NCBI RefSeq assembly: GCF_021028975.2
Contig: NC_059425.1
Location: 94,922,001-94,986,000, forward strand
Origin: Sphaerodactylus townsendi
Lineage: Eukaryota
Reading direction: 5' to 3'
DNA length: 64,000 bases
Under the pieces are notes generated by a model that saw only the letters and a list, made by a program, of their open reading frames with translations, was not told the origin of the DNA and did not search any database. Shown piece after piece: positions 1 through 13,900 of the stretch. Every line of letters starts with the position of its first letter. The first letter of the stretch is position 1. The position numbers were made by a program, and so were the translations under genes.

Positions 1-2221
1 TGCTTCCAAATTTCAAAAGCATCAGCAATAAACCAGCTATTTTTTTCTGTATTTTGTTTAAAGCTTCAAAAATGGGTTTCAGGATTCTTGGCATATCTCT
101 TTTCTCTTTTCTTGGCATATCAACATTTCTCTTAAGTCCAATGTTGAATATCTTGGTCATAAGTTATCAGTGGCATCTATTTTCTCTCAATTTTGTTCAC
201 AAACTGACATCAGAATAGGTCAATTCTTGATATACTGCTCAAAACAGTCCACTATGGAATTCCATTTATCATCTTGTGGGAGCATTAGCTTGGTTCTACC
301 CATTTCCTTCAGAGCTGCTGCTGCTGCAAAATGATTGTTATGGAAGTATTTAGCCATTTCAACAACATTTTTCTTTAATTCTGGGACACTGAAGTCTTTG
401 GCTAGGAGGTGCAGCAAATGACCACTGCAACTCTTATGTTATTAGCTTCGTATTTTCTTCATGCTCTTCTAAATTTCTTCTCACCTTTGTAGCATTGTCT
501 GTGATTAAACTGCATACTAGATATTTGAATTTTTGTTCACATTTTATTATAGTTTTTGCTGCTACTTCTTGTAGGCATTCTGCTGTATGTGAATTTTTTA
601 CTTATCAATTGTTTCTGCAAGACAGACATTCTCTTCTACTATTGTTATACAAGTATATACAACAGGATCATTGTGGACATTACTTCAGCCATTAGGACGT
701 AAGTTAACAATTTAACCCTCTAGATCTGTTGCATTTTGCTCCATTTTTCTGTCATACACTTTATTCAGCAGGTTTCCTGCAACATCTGCTCTGGTGGATT
801 GTATCCTGGTCTCAAATCACTGAACCATATTAATAAAGTGTGGATTTTCCATCAGAAGGAAAGAAGAGTTTGTCACACAAAGACACTGGGCAATTTTTCA
901 TCATTTACCTTTTTGTCTAATCTATTGGTTTTTATCACAAACTTATCAAAGGCGGTTATGGTCAGATTTTTTCTTTCTTTTAGGTGATATACTGTGGCTG
1001 TGATGTATTTGATGTGACTGAAACATATCCTGCACATATAAGTCTGAAACTGTAGAACAGTAGGATGGTGATCTTGCGGGAGGATAGTCTGAAGACCCCT
1101 TAAGGTTGATTCCCCTAAACAAAAAAGTGAATGCTGTTATTTTATTATTGATACCATTTCAGCTTCTTTAGTGTGACACTATATTCACTGCCACTCTGTA
1201 CTGTCCCAAAAAGGAATATTTGCTTGTTCCAGCTCTTTATTTATTCCTAACAACTGTATAAATGACAGTAACTTGCAATAATAACAAATGTATTTTTGCT
1301 CCAATGTGACAATTTCTCAAGGTAGCCTCTAAGAAATATGATGAAATCAAAACGTTTACCAACCTGAAAATCCCGTCTCTTCAAACATATTCATTTTTTT
1401 ATCTTCATCAAAGCACTTCTCATGATGTCGTTTGGCTAAGAGGCCTTGCATTTCTTTGTTGCAGTGTTTGTACTTTGCCTGCATGGCTGCCTTCCCCATA
1501 GCTAGAGGGACTTCATCATAATATGCCCAAACTGGGCCTTTTTCATGGCCTGCTGACACTTTGGGGTTTCTGCTCCAAGGAGGCAATAATATGATAACCC
1601 TTCGGCTACACACACAAAGACCCCAGACTAGTGGAGTATTTGGCTCAAAAGGATTCACTTTCATTTTTACTGCTTCTCCCTCCCTCCACGCTCTGAGCTC
1701 CTTGTGCAGATCTATAAACTTTGCACTTAAGAGGTAAGGAGTTGATTCTGTGTACATAGATTTGCAAAGGAACAATGAAGTTAATGTCCTTCTCCCAAGT
1801 CTGCATGTTTATTTTATTTTTGCTGTGAAGCAGCATGTTATCTCTGCAGTCACAAATTCAGTTTTGAGAACGGCAGAACCAAACATCTGGGATAATATCT
1901 TCCAGACAGAAAAACTGCCCAAAACAATCTTATAGAAACCGCTGGAAGAGCATGACATTGTGAATGGATTAATGGAATTCATTTACCAAAAAAATTAAAC
2001 ATTGCACAAATATACAACCTCATGCTACATACATAATCTTTATTTCATGATGAATAACTTTTGGTCTATAATGTATCTTAAATAGAAAACTATATTTAAA
2101 TAGGTTTTTCTAAAAAAATTCATTTAAAAATCCCATTTGAATAAAAAATAGTCAATTTAAATTTTAAGCATTCATTTTAATTTTTTTCTAAAAAAGAAAT
2201 TATTGATTTTTATCTAGCCTG
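1..2221 (-). mobile_element. Decayed hAT DNA transposon (BED finger plus transposase remnants), runs off the left edge
   Basis: ORF pieces PVWAYYDEVP...AKYKHCNKEMQGL..HHEKC (BED-like) and KLMLPQDDKWNSIVDC (hAT RW-motif region) with stops and frameshifts; terminus CAGGCTAGATAAAAATCAAT begins at 2221. Confidence 0.8.
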
Positions 2222-2499
2222 GTGCATAACTCCTCGTTGAACCATGCTGGTATTAAGAGAGCATTTAAAAATAAGTTGTTACAAACAATTTTTGCTTATT
2301 AATTACCCACCCACCCTTCCTGGACAAGTCAGGCTCAGAGAGGCTTATGTCATAAAATCACAATTAAACACATGCTTTAGAATTTAAAACCCTGTAGTAA
2401 TATTTTAATAGCACAATAGAATACCAATTTGGGGGCCTGTCATATGGGATAAGATTGAAAAATGGATAACTGGATTCTAATTACAGGAAATAACTTCAA

Positions 2500-3660
2500 A
2501 GCTGGTTATAGGAAAGGGAGGGGAAAGGGGGAGGGAGAGGGAGAGGGAAGATGACAGCTGTTACTGTCCTCAGCCGCAGGCCTGGTAGAACAACTCAGTC
2601 TTGCAGGTTCTGCAACAGCAGTAAGTTCCGTGAGGCCTCGGTCTCCCTTGAAAAAGAGCTCTGCCAGGCCGGAATGCCAAGACTGTCTAAAGGATGATAT
2701 GCCCTTACAAGTTGATGGGCCAGTTGTTGTCACTCTTAAAGACTTGGCTGTCTGCTGATTCTTCTTTATTTGAGACAATGCCTCATTTATCTTTTTGAGA
2801 AAGATGTTGGTCCTCCAAAAGGTACATCCTCTACTTTTTGACATGTGTCAATAGGTAATGCTGTACAGCGTAGCCATAAGTGTAAAACAATGTAAAACAA
2901 TAGAAGTAGCCATAATCCTGGAAGAGGTATCAGCTGCATGTCGAGTGGCACTTATTTGCTGTTTTGATAGTCTTGTCACTTCCATTTGGAGTAGACATGT
3001 TATCCTCTGGAAGGGCTTCTATAGTAAGGCCTTAATTTTTCCCACAGAAACCATTCTGGCTTAAGTAGCCAATGAATACACCTTTCTCCCTTCCATGTCG
3101 ACTGGGAAGCATGACAGCTTTATCTGCCCCTAGAGTGCCTCTCTTCTCCTATCAGAGATGATTGTCATGTTTTACTTTATAAAAGTTCTCCAAGCGATGA
3201 GAAGTCACAGTTTACTCCAGAGTTTTGCAGTCATATCTAAAAATCCTTCCAGGATAGGATAATCTGAATAAAGATCTTGTCCTTAGGACAATGTGATATG
3301 CTAGACATGTCAATTTCCAACAATCTGGCCATACACAACTGTTGTTCAGCGTACAATTTGAGATAGTCAGACAAAGAAGTAGAAGGTATGTAGAAGCTAC
3401 GTAGGTTCAACACCCCGGGTTTAATATTTTTGGGAAGCAGGGTTTTTTCCTTGCTTTCCCACAGTATTGTGGTCCATGTGTGTTCCCCTCTGGATTTCTC
3501 CAGCTTTTTCCCAATCTTTATCAAACTCACTTTGAAAAGTTTGGGGAAAGACTGAAGTAAAACTTGGATGGCAGCTGTGTAGGTGGAGAAGTTCAGATTT
3601 TTTCACCTGCATGGCAGCCACCTTCCCTGTTCCCATAGTGACCATTTCCTACTCCAACCA
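2500..3660 (-). mobile_element. DIRS-type retroelement gag (LAP2alpha-like) remnant
   Basis: Frameshifted pieces VFPQTFQSEFDKDWEK, RHAADTSSRIMATSIVLH..WLR, KVEDVPF, NEALSQIKKNQQTAKSL resemble reptile DIRS gag; boundaries approximate. Confidence 0.6.
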
Positions 3661-4845
3661 AGGAGGCTTTTTTTCCTAAAAATCTTAACTTTCATATTGC
3701 TTTAATGATATTGTTATAATAGTATATCAAGAGCCAACTGATTCTGTGAATTGTCAGCTTTTTAAAAGGTAAATATCTACATCTAATGCAGACATTTAAG
3801 GGAACGGACATACTTCTATACAATAGCAGGAGCTGGGGACTTTAAAAAATGAAAGCTGGGAATGGGCAGAACCAATTACAATTATTGTTATTAATAGTAT
3901 ATTGATCTAATGATATGAACTGAAAAAATTGAAAAAAAACCAGAGGGTGGGGCTGACCAGTACTGAGAACTAGGGCAGGGAAACTCTACAGAAATCTGCC
4001 ACATGGAAGCACTGTTACCACAGCACTATATCACCACCCACACTGGCAGCAGGGAACCACACAAGACGGTTCCTGAGTAAGTCAGCGGGAAAAGTATGAT
4101 TTAAACCATTTTGTCTTAGGCACATGCTACTGCTGCCTTGCTGAAGATGAGGTATGGATCTGGGTACTGCCAAGATAGAAAGCATCTTAGGAACCTATCT
4201 ATATACACCACTGAATAAATAAATAACATTGGAATAAAGGCGGGATATAAATGTAGTAATGCAATGAATGAAAATGTAAAAGTTAAAATCAAGAATAATG
4301 TTAGTTGTTTCTAGTGGCTACTGATTGCAGTCCAAGTGCCCTGGAAATCTAAATTTATGAAACAAGAAGCTCTGGACTGCAAAAAGCATATTGCGTCACC
4401 TTCACTCTTAAGATTCAGGAGAAAACTACTAAGGTTTCTGTGCTCCAAGATCTAAGCTATCCTGGTACTACTAGCATAGCTTTAAGGAAGCTATACTGAA
4501 CACCAAGATACTATTGCATCTTTTATCAGGCACAAAATTCCACAAAAAGGTGGTGGGGGGAGGGGGTTGAATCCAAAATAGGAATGCATCTTTAATTGTA
4601 GAAAGCATTTCTAGCTATTAAGCTGACAGACACCAAACAGTGTAGTGACATGAAGAGAAACTTTTCAATGCTGTTGCCTTGGCCCTGATTAATCCAAGCC
4701 AAAGCCCCACAGTGCAACTCATAAAACTACTGTTGCATTCCTTTATCCTTCTCGCCCTTTGGAGAAAAGTCCATAGTCTCGTGCAAGGGACTAAGCCCTA
4801 CCATTGTTAATCTGTGAAAATATGCTCATCAAACTCTCAACTCAC

Positions 4846-4945
4846 AATTTTCTGAATACGAGCTCGGATAAGGTTCACTTGGTTCACATATGGAGCCAAT
4901 ACATCAAGGTACTGAGAAAAAGAGGAGGAAGTCCTTGCTGGATCA
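4846..4945 (-). CDS. PNLDC1: PNLDC1 exon 16
   Basis: DPARTSSSFSQYLDVLAPYVNQVNLIRARIQKI, donor gtgagt. Confidence 0.92.
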
Positions 4946-7900
4946 CTACATTGAGAAAAATAAAAAGAGGTCTGAAGGGAATCATATAACAAGAACATTC
5001 CTGAGTTTCCCATTCAGTTAAATAGACGGGGAGAAGATTAAACACACATCAGTTTCTTTTTTCTGTAGTTTTATATTATTACTTCCTTTTAAATCCTTTA
5101 CATCCTGACTTCCACCATCCTGAAGTGAAGGACAGACCCAGCTCTGCCAAGGACAGACCCAGCTCTGCCTGTAATTTTAAACTCCTGGAACCTTTGCTTT
5201 AAATTATTGCTGTGTAGGATTCTTGACCTTAGGATGCTTTAAACTGCTTTTTTCACATATATTCTTTTTGAGTTGCAGAGCACTTTTCAGGAGAGATATT
5301 CATCATGGAGCCCTAACATAGACCTTATGTCTATGTTATGCATCATATGCAAAGGCATGTTTGTGCATTCTTGTCTGTTTCCGTGTTTCCCCGAAAATAA
5401 GACCTACCCCGAAAATAAGACCTATCATGATTTTTCAGGATTTTTGGAGGAGGTTTAAAATATAAGCCCGACTCCAAAAATAAGCCCTACCGGTAGTTAC
5501 AGATCAGGATGGTGTGATCCAGCAGAGTGCTCCCTGCCAATGAGCATGCAGCTTGCATCACACGTGACAGGGAAGCAACGGGGCTGTAGAGAGCCCGCCT
5601 AAATGTGAAGGTACCATATTTCCCCTAAAATAAGCCCTACCCTGAAAATAAGCCCTAATGCATCTTTTGTTGCAAAAATTAATATAAAACCCTGTCTTAC
5701 TTTCGAAGAAACAAGGTTTTACCTAACTGTATTTTTAAAGTTGTTAGTATTTTGTCATATACTCTAGCAGTCTAGAGAACTGTTAGTGGGCCAACCCCTC
5801 CTGCCTTTCCTTCCCCCCTGGCCCCATGTCACTTTGTCCCTCCTCCTCCTGTTCCTGGGTGCCTGTTCCTCTTCCCAGACACATGCATTGCCACACAACA
5901 GTTAATAGTGCAGCCAGTGGTGGGATCCAAAAATTTTAGTAACAGGTTCCCATGGTGGTGGGATTCAAACTGTGGCGTAGCGCCAATGGGACTGGGTGGG
6001 GCGCCACTCCATGGGGGCTGATGGCTATTGGCATTCCGGGAGCACGGCATTTCTTGCCGGAGACTGTAGCTTGGTAACGACGCAGCAGCTGCGCCATACC
6101 GGGGATCCTTGGAAAGGAAATCGAATGCGCGCGAGGCGCAGCGCCGCCTATACGCACGCGCGTGCACCTAAACGTGCTGGAGCTGCTTCAGAAGGTTCCT
6201 GCGCGCTACTGCTGAGAGGAGGGGCGTAACTAAGGCAAAAATCACGTGGCAAAATCACCAATTAGTAACCCCCTCTCGGCACACACAAATAATTAGTAAC
6301 CTACTCTCGAGAACCTGCTGGATCCCACCTCTGGGTGCAGCTGTCGCTGCCAGCAGTCATGACCCTCCCACAGGGGGCAGATGACACCTGCATATGCTCC
6401 TTCGCAGACAGCTGCGGACAGTACAGTGACTGTAATTATTCAGCAGTTGGGGAGAAGGGCGAGTGTGTAAGAGAGTAAGTGCCACATTCTGCTGTTTTGT
6501 TTTGAGGTTTTTTAAACCTGTTCTATGTAAGCCCTGCCCCCAAGCCGTGTGCATGACAATTGCCTGGAAATGAGTTGTTGCCACCATGGCTAGCCTTTTA
6601 TATAATAGGATAGCAAAAGCACGAATTGTTAAAATTCTAAATAGCTTAAACTTTGACCAAAACTTAGTTTTCCCCCTTGAATGTCATATGTGTTTTTGGC
6701 ATAAGGGTGACAATATTTTCACCTAGCACTACATAGGTACTGAACTGAATGACAACAGTATTGACTGCAAGGTATTTTTAAGCATTTGGCCATGTTAAGC
6801 ATCATACACAGTTCCCACAGCCACACAAATTCACAATTTTGAGATCACATCACATTTATTCCAATCTCTTTGCAGACCACTTGGAGATGCTTCGCCGAGT
6901 AGAAGTGTTCCATGGAACACTGTTTGAGAAACGCTGCTTTAACTTGTAATTCAAAACATCTTTTTTCAATATTCTCATCTATTTTTAAAAAGTTGAAATT
7001 TTCAACCATTACTTACCAAGATATTCTACAAAGCAGTAAATGAGCTGTTTTCAGAAGAACTAAAAAAGAAATAAAACTTTAAGCATCATGCCTTCAGCAG
7101 TTTGACAGAAAGAAAAGAACCCCCCCACAAACAAATAATTGTGAAAATAGTGGAGGGGGGGGGGGGAAATCTCACAAAGGTTGCCTCTTTTTTACTGGAT
7201 GTTCAGAAATTATGAGTTATTCTTAATCTTTCTGCTCCCAAAGCAACATAATTTATCTTTCATTCTTTCAAAAAAATTCTGAGTAACTATAAAGTGATAT
7301 TGATATCTTTGCTGCCCAGATAGGTACTAGCTAGCTTAATAAACACTAAAGTGGTAAGAACTGTCAACTGAGCCCCATGACCAGTCTTCACATTCAAAAG
7401 ATTTCTCATCTGCCATTCCATCTTTCCTTCTACAGTGGGAAGAACTGTTAATTTTCTAGTCTGCTTAAAACTGTTGAAATAAAAAACATCGCAGAGCACT
7501 TTTTAAATTCAGCCTTACAAGATGGAAACATACGTAGAGTGTCCCCCACACAGCAGAAAATGGACAGGGGATACAGGCTGTAAATGTATTATGTTTTAAG
7601 TATATATATTTTTCCTGAACGCATTAATCACGGATACTTATTTTTTTCTAACATCACTAAAAGATGCATGTCATATAAACATTTTCTGCAGGTTTCATGC
7701 TTAACAATAGAGAAAGACAGTAGTTCATGAATGTTACAGGCATGCAGAACTGAGGGGAAAAAATCCAGTTAACAGAATGAGCCACCTGTAGAATTCACAA
7801 ACTTAATTAACAAAAGGCCTAAGAAAGGGGATGCGCCGGACTTCAGGAACCAGAAAATCACAGCAATACCTGATCCACAGAGAAAGGCATCATAGGCAGC

Positions 7901-10900
7901 CTCATGGGGAAACTTCTTGGTTGCTGAAAGCGTATCAACAAAATAGAAAAGGTAAAAATCTCTTGGGACAACCTATGGAAACCCTTTTTGATCAGCGACA
8001 GTTTGACAGCAGCTTGCCTCCCGTTCCTTTCTTTACAGCTGCCCATTTGGCATAATCTGACATAATGAGGGAATGGTTGTCAGGGCACCATTTTGGTTAG
8101 TTTGAATTTTAAGTATGCACACACCATACACACACGTGTGTGTGTCCGTGTGGTATGACTGTTTTAATCTATACAGTATGGTATTGTGGTTGTTAGCCAC
8201 CCTGAACCCAGGCAGGGTAGAAACCTAATAATGGTAATATGATAAGAAGCCTAGAGATTGAGCACAGCCTGTACAAGGAAGATTTTTAAGGTAAAACCAT
8301 TTGATATTCAGCTCCCAAATGTGAGATCATGTCCACCTGGCAGAATTGGTTCTGCAGTTTATGGGTAACAGCAGCAGCCAATGCACAAGTAGATACATTC
8401 CACACCCCAACTGGAGCTTCCCTATATTGATATCATTACTTTGAATTTGCAGATATCATACCCATGTTGTGGTTTGCTTATAACTTGCACAGGAACTATA
8501 CCTTGTCTCAATAAAAGATAGAAACTCAAAGCTGAATTAATCTGCAGCCACTTCCTGATTTTCTGTGCAATTGAATGCTTTGCTGTGGTCCTAGTGCCTG
8601 CCCAGTTCAGTTCTCCCCCCAGTCCTGATTCTCTGGTAGCATTTAAAATGCTATTTTTAGCACCACTTATGTCAAAACCTGTATTCTGTGCACTATTAAG
8701 CTTGCTACTTTGATAAAAGAGCATTTTAGTGCTCTTGTCCTTTCACCTTTGATGCCCCCATCCAAAGACCATCTCCATCCAAAGACCATCTGCAGTACTT
8801 GCCTTTTTTAAATAACTGAGCCTGTCATTTTGTGCAGCTTGTCAGTTTCAAGCTGAAACAAAATGATGGTTGCAGTTACAAGGAAAAGGCAAGTACTGCA
8901 GATAGTCTTTGGATGCATTAAATGCTCTTTTATCAAAGTAGCAAGCTTAATAGTGTACAGAATAAAGGTTTTGACATAAGCAGTGCTTAAAATAGCTTTC
9001 TAAATGATACCAAGAATCGGGACACTTGAAACTGTGGGAGGATGCGATGTTCACTTCACACCACACATGACTGCATTTTTATCTTTCGTTGAGACAAGGT
9101 ATAGTGGAGGGCAAGTGATTTAGCACATATGCACTAAAGGTGTGCAGTAAAGGCATCTACATGTATACATACTCTCTTCCAAAAGCTCAACATGGCTTAA
9201 CCCACCATGAAATCAGCAAAGGAACAGTAATCATAAAACATACTCAGACAATTGGTCTGATCTTTATTTCTAAATCACTTTTGTGATAAGACAGTTACAG
9301 TTTGTTTTTCTGGGTACTATACCTCTTCACTGTACCAGTTTATGTGGCTACCCTCCTGTAACTAGACTTACCATATCTGAGGCAGTCACTTGCATGAAAA
9401 ACCTCTGGACAAGAAGCATTTGTGGGATTCAAGTCACTGTGAAGAAAGGTATCCACTGTGAAATTCCTGTTCTTTACTGTCCATTTCTGTGACAAATCTA
9501 TTTAATAGCAAAATGCTCCCCTGAAGATAATAATCTCAGTAAGTGACTTGCTGCTCTTTGTTCATACTCTTAAGTCTGTTCAGTAGTCTGAATAGCCCAG
9601 ACTATGCAGAACTAAACAGGACTGGCCATAGTTAGTACTTGGATGGGTACCCAGGAAGATCAGGATTGCTATGCAAGGAGGGGCAATGGCAATTCACTTC
9701 TGAACATGCCTTGCCTTGAAAACCTCATGAGGAGTTTCCATAAGTAAGTTGCAACTTGGTGGCACTTTTTCTCTTTTTCTTTTTCTGGGAGGGTTTTATT
9801 GTGAGTTTTAAATGCTGGAAGCCCGATATTTTTGTACTGAATGATGCTTTTAATGGGTTTTAATATTTTGGTCATTGGAGCCTAAATTGTTTATTTTATA
9901 ATTTGTATTTGTTTATGTGTCCTATTTGTTTCATTGTCATATATTATGTTGTACACAGCCCAGAGCCCTTTTGGGGGGTAGGACAGTAAATAAAATTAAT
10001 AATAAATATAAGTAAGTAAGTAAGTGAGTAAGTAAGTAAGTCTATTCAGGTGAAGGGACCAGAGGGAGGGGATTGCTTCACTTTGCTTATTCTGCCTATG
10101 CACACAACTCTAAAAACTGGACAGAACATACATACGCATTCAGATGACAGGAATTATTTAAGTTTGTCTTTTGGAAGCTTTACCTTCCAATTAATGTAGA
10201 AAGCAATGATGCTTCTATTAAGGATGGGGAACTAGCTTTCTTTTTAAAAGGAAAGCCTATACAGAAATAAAACAAAACATTTGTAGGTCTCACCTGCACA
10301 GCAATTCAAACACCTCTAAGAGATTAGAAGCATGAGGAAACTCACATTCCTGTTTAAAAAGAAAACATACTAGGAGGTTCATGGATTTCCAAAAAGCTGA
10401 AGAACTAATAAATGAAGAAGAAAAAGCTAGACATAAATCACATCTGTTTAAAGCTTCCAATACCAATACAAATTTACTCATTTGTCCTTTCACCTTTGAT
10501 GCCCCCATCCTTATTCTTCTAAAGAAGAAGCAGAATTACTACATACTATTTTTTTACAGTTTCAGAGGGCATCCATATTGGTCTGCGGTGGAACAGTTGG
10601 ATTCAAGTCCAGGAGCACCTTGGAGTTATAAAGTTATAAGCTTTTCAGAGTCAAGAAGAGTTTTCTTCTGGATTACTCGCCTCTGAAAATGCCTGAATAT
10701 CATCTTCTGAGTTTTGAAAATACTGTGAAGTCTGCATAAGAAGCCCAGTTTTCCTACACCTCAGCTGGTACCATATGGGGTGTGGTAACATACAAAGCAA
10801 CCCTCACAAATAGGTCAAGGCTGTCATTTGTGAGTGAAGCCTCAAAAGTCTTCCTTGTTGACTCTGATCTGAAGAACAAGGGTGCCTGGCTTATACAGTA

Positions 10901-13900
10901 CACCAAGTGGAATTCAAGCAGCTTCAACAATAAGTCCTGAAGCATAAAGGGAGTACACTAGTACAAGAATGCCAAGCCAATTGTAGAGAACTTCGTCAAT
11001 TTTGTGGTATATTTTCTACTACCTTAAAACTCCTGCTGTGAACTTGACAGCATCACAATCAGAATTCCAACTCTGTTATAACTTCCTGACCAGCAGTTTG
11101 CTGAAGAAGCCTTACCTACACATGGCAAAACCCCAGTCTGGCAGAGTCATAAAACCAACTATAAAGAAGGTAATGGAAAAATCACTAATCTGTAAGGCAT
11201 TTATCCTCTTCTGAGAAGATGAATGACAGAAAAGAGAACAAAGTAATTAATTGTTGCTGATTGAATTAATGGGGGGAAGTGTTACTTGGTTTTTGACAAC
11301 TTAAGCAGTGGCTCTCAAGTCACTAGACAGAGGTCTTTCCTAGCCCTAATCCATGAGATTTCAGAAAGTGAATTTAGGACTTTATGCAGATGATCAATAG
11401 TCTCTCTAACTGTGGTAGAGAACTGCGTGGAAGTTCCCTATCTCTGTGTGGAATTGAGCTGCCTGCGGGAGCTCCCCCTTTCTGCGGCTGCCCAAACTGC
11501 ATGGCACCAATACAGTGTCTGTTTGGCTGCCCAGCTTACAGGTAATATTGCAGATGATTAATCTATTCTCCCATTTAGTTGTGAGCTTTTCTCTTGACAT
11601 GAAAAGGGAGTGATAGCTTTGTGGACTAAATGAAAGTAGAAAATGAGAGTTACCTTCCAGATGGCTTTTGCTACATTCTTGGTATCTATTACAATAGGAA
11701 ACAGGATGTGTATGTTCTTTTTAAACTCCTCATAGTCTTCTGAAAATATAAGGAAGGGGAGGGGAGTCAATGCTTGCTTGCCACTGGGCAGGCACTGGAA
11801 ATATAACAGATCTTTAAGGAGAGATAATGAGCAATTATCACCACACCAACATTAAGTCATTTTTACTTGGTTTCTACTACTCAGCATCTGTGCAGAGAAC
11901 TCTGCTTAGAATATTACAATGGGAAGAGCCAGTCAAGAGATAGGGCAGTGGTGGCGAACCTATGGCATGGGTGCCAGAGGTGGTACTCAGAGCCCTCTCT
12001 GTGGGCATGCACAAATAGAGTCCCCCCCCCACACACACACACACACATCTAGGCTGGCCTGGGCCACTGGGCTCGATTATTGGCATTACACCTAAGACCT
12101 GGTTTTGGGGAAGCAGTGTAGGTAACCCTGTTAAGCCCCACTGATTTTCATGCGAAGAACTAAAGCACAATCCTTTACCTGGGAGTAAGCTCAGTTGCTG
12201 GCAATGGGGCTTGCTTCTGAGTAAACCCTCCTAGGGTCGTGATTCACCCGTCGGAAGAGTTGCATGGTTGCTTCAGAGCAAAGCCACCGACTACCACCAA
12301 GCTTACTCCCAAGTAACGCACGCCTCGGAGCCAACTGTTTTTTCTGAACTAAAACCTCAGTATTCAGGTTAAATTGCCGGGTTGGCACTTTGCGATAAAT
12401 AAGTGGGTTTTGGGTTGCAGTTTGGGCACTCGGTCTCGAAAAGGTTCGCCATCACTGAGATAGGGGAAGTAACAGCATATCCGGTGACTAGGGCTGAAAG
12501 GCATTACCAGGAAGAGGATTGTAAAATTTGTCATGTAGATGCAGAAGATCCATCAGCATATTGTGTCCCACCAATGGCTAAAAAGAGAAACAAAGAACAC
12601 TGTCAAGCACATCACAGTAGAACAATGGTAAATAAAAGTAGGCTCCTTTAAGAGAAGGAACAACTCATTTTGCAGTCATGACAAAACATGGGCCTTCCAG
12701 TGATCAGGGTTGTTCCTGGGCTGAAAGCAGCAAGATACTTTGACAAAGCGGGTTCTTCTCCCAAAGCACACAGCATAGCACAACCTCCCCTTGTAAAAGC
12801 ACAGCAACAGGAACTATAAAATAGTTCAAATGTGTAAGGAAGCAAAAAGTATAGAATTCACAGGCCTGTGCTAGTTCTGGATGCTTGAGGGGGATTGCTT
12901 ATCTTCAAGAAAACCAAACCAAGCCAAACAGCATGCGCACAAAAAGCTTCTGAACTGGAGGAGGCGCACTGCTTAGTTTCTCATGTGTCAGTTTCCTAAA
13001 CGCAGAACACAATCCATCATAAAATCCTTAGTGCATTCCACTGCAGTGACATGAACACATAAATCATTAGATTATAAGACATTTGCATTAATTCTGCATC
13101 ACAGTGAGAAAAGTCCTGGCAGAGAGTCAGAAATTCATTAATCCCCCCCCCCCAAGGGTGCGGCTCCATGAATTTTCTTTCCCGGGGAAAATGGGTCCAA
13201 ATGGCTCTTTGAGTGTAAAAGGTTCCCGACCCCTGTTCTAGGCAGTCTTTCAAGTATGTTGGTCCCAAACAGTGTATGGTTCTGAAGGTTAAGACCAGCA
13301 CCTTAAATTGTGCACAGAAATAAATTGGAAGCCAGTGTACGTGGCTCAAGACTGGAGTGATACGACCATTTAGATCTTGCATGTGGAGAGTCACAATGCT
13401 ATTTAAAGAACCAGTTTGAGAAACTCATGCTGCTAATTACTAGCATTCATTTTAACCCCTCTCTTGGAAAGCCTAAGACAAAAAAAATATTATTACAGAT
13501 GATTCCAGGCTCTGGGGTTTACCTTTTTTGCCTCCACAAGTGTCTGGAAAAGGTTGGTAAAACCCCTTGCAGAGAGAAGAATTCGCTCTTTTTGGCAAGC
13601 GTCATAAAAAGTGTTTTCTAGCAACCAGCGACCTCGAGGACTTATCTTCTTCACCATTATCTGAAACAAATCAGTATTAAAATTCAAACAGGTGGGAGGA
13701 AGAGGTTTGCGCCCCATGTATATAAATTTATTTTAAAAATAAAAATGGATAAAAGATTTGGCAGTAGCTGCAAATGTTAACATTATCAATTAAAATAATT
13801 AGAAAAACAAACTAATGCATAAAAACAGGTCTATTTAGATACGTTGACACTGATATATGCTAAGAGGCAGGCTAGTAACATTCGTGTTCTTATCAGGCTA

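Noticed and set aside
6440-6500. NVALTLLH segment as a candidate PNLDC1 exon 15
   Set aside because: A better match with correct phases and splice sites lies at 7017-7059.
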